Origin: an uncultured Phycisphaerales bacterium
GTDB lineage: Bacteria; Planctomycetota; Phycisphaerae; Tepidisphaerales; Tepidisphaeraceae
Reading direction: 5' to 3'
Assembly: GCA_963758525.1 (NCBI GenBank)
Contig: CAVWVQ010000003.1
Coordinates: forward strand, 1,056,001-1,120,000
DNA length: 64,000 bases
This document shows, piece after piece, positions 59,981 through 64,000 of the stretch; position 1 is the stretch's first letter; each line of letters begins with the position of its first letter. The notes below the pieces were generated by a model that was given only the letters and a program-made list of their open reading frames with translations, was not told where the DNA came from and did not search any database. Position numbers and translations under genes: made by a program.

Positions 59981-61123
59981 ATGGAGCGGGTAGTTATGCA
60001 CCAAAGCGAATTTGCGTTTGATTCACAGCCACGTCAGCTCTCGATCGCCTTAATCGAGCCATTGGAATCTCGTCGTCTGATGTCGGCCGCATCGGTGGTG
60101 ACAATTCATAGCGTTTTGTTGTCCAACCCCCCTGCCGCAGTCAGTGCGCCGCTCGCCACCAAGCATCCTCCGCATCACAAAGCGCATCACCCCGCTCCCA
60201 AGCCAAAGAAGCACACGGTCGCGAAAAAGACGCCAGTGGTCACCCCGCCGACAACGTCTCCTACGGCGACCGATTCCGGAACCGATCCCACGAGCAGCAC
60301 GCCCACGGGATCCGGCAACAGTTCGACGACTGCAACTTCGAGCGGCTCGCCCGTCACGTCGGCGCCACCGACAACGACGGCCAACCCCGGACCGACACCG
60401 CCAGTCCCCGGAAGTTGGCAGACCACCTTCGATGATGAATTCGACGGCACCACGCTCAACCCCGTCTGGCATACGGCGCAGTACTGGGATCACGCCGTTA
60501 CTATTGTGAACAAGGGCGAGTTGCAGGCGTACGACGCCAGCGGCGTCACCGTCAGCGGCGGCCAACTCCACCTCGCCGCCCGGGTCGACAACCAATACGG
60601 CGTCCCCTATGTGAGCGGCATCGTGCAAGCCGGCGGCGACATCTACGGCAATCCGGCGCAAAAGACCTTCAGCTTCCAATACGGCTACATGGAAGTGCGG
60701 GCGAAGATGCCAAAGGGGCAGGGATTCGCTCCGGCAATCTGGATGATGCCCGCCTCTCATAATGACGGCGACGGCGAGATCGACGTCGTCGAAGTCCTGG
60801 GCCACGATCCGACGCAGGCATACTTCACGGTGCATCACCTGGCCCTGAACACCTATCAGCAGCACACCGAAATCGGCGCCGACCTCTCCGCCGGCTTTCA
60901 CACCTACGGCGTCGACTGGGAGCCGGACCACATCACCTGGTATCTCGACGGCGTCGCCGTCGGCACCGTCACCGATCAGTCGCTGATTCCGCACGAGCCG
61001 ATGTATCCGATCATGAACTTGACTGTCGGCGGCGACTGGGAAGGTCCGCCCAACGCCAGCACGAAGTTTCCGGCTTCGATGGATGTGGATTACATCCACG
61101 TATGGCAAGCGGATGCGGCGTAA
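59981..61123 (+). CDS. GH16 glycoside hydrolase with LEPR-XLL-like N-terminus and Pro/Thr linker
   Basis: EPLESRRLMS; FDDEFDG, PAIWMMP, EIDVVE, FHTYGVDW. Confidence 0.92.
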   Translation: MERVVMHQSEFAFDSQPRQLSIALIEPLESRRLMSAASVVTIHSVLLSNPPAAVSAPLATKHPPHHKAHHPAPKPKKHTVAKKTPVVTPPTTSPTATDSGTDPTSSTPTGSGNSSTTATSSGSPVTSAPPTTTANPGPTPPVPGSWQTTFDDEFDGTTLNPVWHTAQYWDHAVTIVNKGELQAYDASGVTVSGGQLHLAARVDNQYGVPYVSGIVQAGGDIYGNPAQKTFSFQYGYMEVRAKMPKGQGFAPAIWMMPASHNDGDGEIDVVEVLGHDPTQAYFTVHHLALNTYQQHTEIGADLSAGFHTYGVDWEPDHITWYLDGVAVGTVTDQSLIPHEPMYPIMNLTVGGDWEGPPNASTKFPASMDVDYIHVWQADAA

Positions 61124-61138
61124 CGGATTCGGCGAGTG

Positions 61139-62113
61139 CTACCCGTGTCGCGGGATCCTCCGCGGCTCCGTGCTGGGCCCATCGACCCTTGGTCCTTCCG
61201 GCGTCCATAGGATCGGATCGATGCACATGCGCCGAGCGGTATGAGCCGGATCCCAGGCGTGATAAATCATCCACTCGGTGTGGCCGTCAGGACCGATCAC
61301 CACACTGTTATGTCCCGGGCCGATCAACTTTCCAGGAATCCCCTTCAGCACGGTCGGCCCTTGGGCGGCAAGCGGCGCGCTCCAGGGACCCAGCGGATGA
61401 TCGGCAACTGCGAAGCCTACGCCGTAGGCCTGACCGTGCCAGGCGCCGCCGGAGTAAAAGCAATAATATCGGTTGTCGTGAAAAACGACGCTGGGCCCCT
61501 CGACACAATTCCACTGGGGCCAGACGCGCCCCTTGTAGTCACGGTTAACCTCATAGACCTGCCAGGGGGCGGAGGCGCGGAGTACGATTCTGGGCGCGTC
61601 GGCAACGCCCATCATGTCCGCGGCCAGCGGTGCGACGGCCAGACCGGTGCCGGCCGGGTCGTCTTTGTCGTAGTCGGTTGCGAAGAAGAGGTAGCGGCGC
61701 CCGTCGCGCGGGTCGGTAAACGGACTGGCGTCGATGCTGAATCCCTGCTCCGGCATCAGCAACTTTCCCGAATCCTCGAAAAGGCCCGCCGGGGTGTCGG
61801 ATACCGCGACGCGGAGTCGTTGATCCTGATCTGACTTTGTCGTCGAGGCGGAGTAGTAGAGAAAGTACTGGCCCGCTTTTTCGGCGACCTCAGGCGCCCA
61901 GTAACTTCCCGGCATCGCGGATGGGACTGGCAGCAGCGCGCCGCCGCTCGATCGCCAGTGGATGAGGTCGGCTGAGATTAAAACTGGAAACTCACGTCCC
62001 AGCGGATCGCACTGTCCTGTTCCATATGCGTAGTACAATGGCCCCGCACGCATCACGAAAGGATCGGCGAAATAGCCCGGCCAGACCGGATTGCAATAGT
62101 CCAACGTGTTCAT
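61139..62113 (-). CDS. GH43 glycoside hydrolase
   Basis: FADPFV, WAPEV, IDASPF, EGP, GPGHNS. Confidence 0.92.
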   Translation of the reverse strand: MNTLDYCNPVWPGYFADPFVMRAGPLYYAYGTGQCDPLGREFPVLISADLIHWRSSGGALLPVPSAMPGSYWAPEVAEKAGQYFLYYSASTTKSDQDQRLRVAVSDTPAGLFEDSGKLLMPEQGFSIDASPFTDPRDGRRYLFFATDYDKDDPAGTGLAVAPLAADMMGVADAPRIVLRASAPWQVYEVNRDYKGRVWPQWNCVEGPSVVFHDNRYYCFYSGGAWHGQAYGVGFAVADHPLGPWSAPLAAQGPTVLKGIPGKLIGPGHNSVVIGPDGHTEWMIYHAWDPAHTARRMCIDPILWTPEGPRVDGPSTEPRRIPRHG

Positions 62114-62242
62114 GGGGCCTTGGTTTGCAGTCCCGCTGTTTTTTCTTTCCGGCATCCGCTTGCTCTCCTGTCAAAATTCACGCCGCCTATTGATTGGCCC
62201 GATAAATGATGCGTCCCGCATGCACAACCGAGACGTTTTCCT

Positions 62243-63547
62243 ATGGAAGTCATGAGCACGAGTCGAACTGGTCCAGAGGAGCGCGACCCGGGGCTTTCGG
62301 CCGAGCGGCCGGACGTTATTCCCCCGGCGCAGGAGGTTGCGCGCCCGCTCCTCGATACCCTGCGATTCATGTTCGCGGTCGGAATCGAATGCTCCAATCC
62401 CGTCATTGCCGGCAACCACCGCATCGATCAGCTCGCGCTCACCGGGCACTACGAGAACTGGCGAAAGGATCTTCACCTCGCCAGAGGGATGGGCCTGCGG
62501 TATCTGCGCTATGGGCCGCCGATTCATCGGGTCTTTCTGGGGCCCGGCAAGTATGACTGGACGTTTATGGATCGGGTGATGGCGGAGATGCAGAAAATTG
62601 GTCTGCGCCCCATCATCGATCTGGTGCATTTTGGACTTCCTGACTGGCTGGGGACGTTTCAGCATCCCGATTGGCCGCAGAGATTGGCGGAATATGCGCA
62701 CGCGTTTGCCGAGCGATATCCCTGGGTCACCCTCTACACGCCTGTAAATGAGATTTACATCACCGCGCAATTCTCCGCCGCATTCGGGTGGTGGAACGAA
62801 CGGCTGATGAGCGATCAGGCGTTCGTGACGAACTTGAAACACTGCGTCAAAGCGTCGATCCTCATGATGCGGGCGATCCTCAAAGTGCGCACCGACGCAA
62901 TTTTTATCTACAGCGAATCGACCGAGTACGTTCATCCCGGCAGCCCGGAGATGGTTCCCCGCGCGACATTCATGAACGAGCGGCGGTTTATCTCGCTCGA
63001 TCTGCTGTTCGCGCACGACGTGTCGGCCACCATCTACCAATATCTGCTGCAAAGCGGCATGAGCGCGGCGGAGTATCAGTGGTTTCGACAACAGGCCGAT
63101 CTGAAAACCCATTGCATCATGGGGACCGATTACTACATCACCAACGAGCACGTGATCCGCGATGACGGCACCAGCATCGGCGCCGGCGACGTTTACGGCT
63201 ACTACGTCATCACCCGCCAATACTTCGACCGCTATCGACTGCCGGTGATGCATACGGAAACCAATCGTGTGAACACCGACTCGGTCGCGTGGCTGTGGAA
63301 AGAATGGATGAATCTGCTTCGCCTGCGTGAAGATGGGGTGCCGATCATCGGGTTCACCTGGTACGGGCTGATCGACATGCTCGACTGGGATTCCGCGTTG
63401 ACCAAGGCACAGGGGCACGTCAACAAAGTCGGCCTGTACACGCTGGCGCGAAGGGAGCGAAAAGTAGCCGCGGAGTATCGCAAGCTGATCGCATCCTTCT
63501 CGCAACTCCCCATCAGCAGCTCCAAGTTCCCGCTGCTCACCGCGTGA
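62243..63547 (+). CDS. Family 1 glycoside hydrolase-like protein
   Basis: DLVHFGLP, TPVNE, HTETN, GFTWY. Confidence 0.88.
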   Translation: MEVMSTSRTGPEERDPGLSAERPDVIPPAQEVARPLLDTLRFMFAVGIECSNPVIAGNHRIDQLALTGHYENWRKDLHLARGMGLRYLRYGPPIHRVFLGPGKYDWTFMDRVMAEMQKIGLRPIIDLVHFGLPDWLGTFQHPDWPQRLAEYAHAFAERYPWVTLYTPVNEIYITAQFSAAFGWWNERLMSDQAFVTNLKHCVKASILMMRAILKVRTDAIFIYSESTEYVHPGSPEMVPRATFMNERRFISLDLLFAHDVSATIYQYLLQSGMSAAEYQWFRQQADLKTHCIMGTDYYITNEHVIRDDGTSIGAGDVYGYYVITRQYFDRYRLPVMHTETNRVNTDSVAWLWKEWMNLLRLREDGVPIIGFTWYGLIDMLDWDSALTKAQGHVNKVGLYTLARRERKVAAEYRKLIASFSQLPISSSKFPLLTA

Positions 63548-63558
63548 GCTGCGGCCAA

Positions 63559-64000
63559 TCATTGGCTCGAAACCGTGCTGGCCTGCGCCTGACCGCGCGA
63601 CCCGCGGGTGCGGTCGCTGGTGGTCACGCCCAATTCTTCTTCGGAGATGTGCGGTTCCCCGTTCATCTCCTCCGAAGGCCGGTCGTGCGCCGCGGCGTTA
63701 CGACCGTCAGTGGTGCTGGCGTATTTCATCGCAATCGTTGTCTCCGGTTTGTTGCTGATGAGACGGTCGACCAGCTCCACGCCCTGCATCAGCGAGTGGT
63801 CCGTGTTTGACACTTCATATTTCCAGATTCCGAATCGGCCCCGGCTGTAGATGCCCTGCGATTCAAGATACGGAATTGCCAACCCGAGAATCGCGTCACG
63901 CTCCACGGTGGGAGTCGGGTAGCTGTAGCCGGCGTTGAACATCCACGTGTCGACAATCGCTTCGCGATCCGCCTCATTCAGCAGGCCGCAGCGGATCAGC
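63559..64000 (-). CDS. FAD-dependent oxidoreductase, C-terminal part
   Basis: YSYPTP, YSRGRFGIWKYEVSNTDHSLMQGVE; runs off right edge. Confidence 0.75.
   Translation of the reverse strand, partial: LIRCGLLNEADREAIVDTWMFNAGYSYPTPTVERDAILGLAIPYLESQGIYSRGRFGIWKYEVSNTDHSLMQGVELVDRLISNKPETTIAMKYASTTDGRNAAAHDRPSEEMNGEPHISEEELGVTTSDRTRGSRGQAQASTVSSQ

Overview
GC-rich bacterial window, most likely Planctomycetota (inferred from LEPR-XLL-type N-termini, an H-X9-DG-like domain and planctomycete-style VWA/Bat genes). Ordinary blocks are a VWA membrane gene, sialate O-acetylesterase, GH2, a MoxR-DUF58-Bat operon with a two-component system, and an exopolysaccharide/glycoside hydrolase cluster (49.7-64 kb). 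Between them lie mosaic accessory patches (4.5-12.6, 16.9-18, 35, 37.5-45.5 kb). These hold two intact REP-associated HUH/Y1 transposases (RAYT-like), at least four RAYT remnants, several families of short end motifs that are often locally duplicated, an IS630 inserted into one such motif, and many intact or cut toxin-antitoxin genes whose breakpoints coincide with the motifs. A second candidate system at 39.4-45.2 kb has a WYL regulator lacking its WYL domain, a CGGACA-N5-TGTCCG box present twice (once in PafBC-like promoter geometry), two DUF429-like nucleases (one fused to a Zn finger and an RNAP alpha-CTD-like module), an RlmJ-like pseudogene and small proteins. About ten single-base frameshifts look like assembly indels. 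No rRNA, tRNA or CRISPR array was seen. All family calls come from motif recognition by eye, not database searches.
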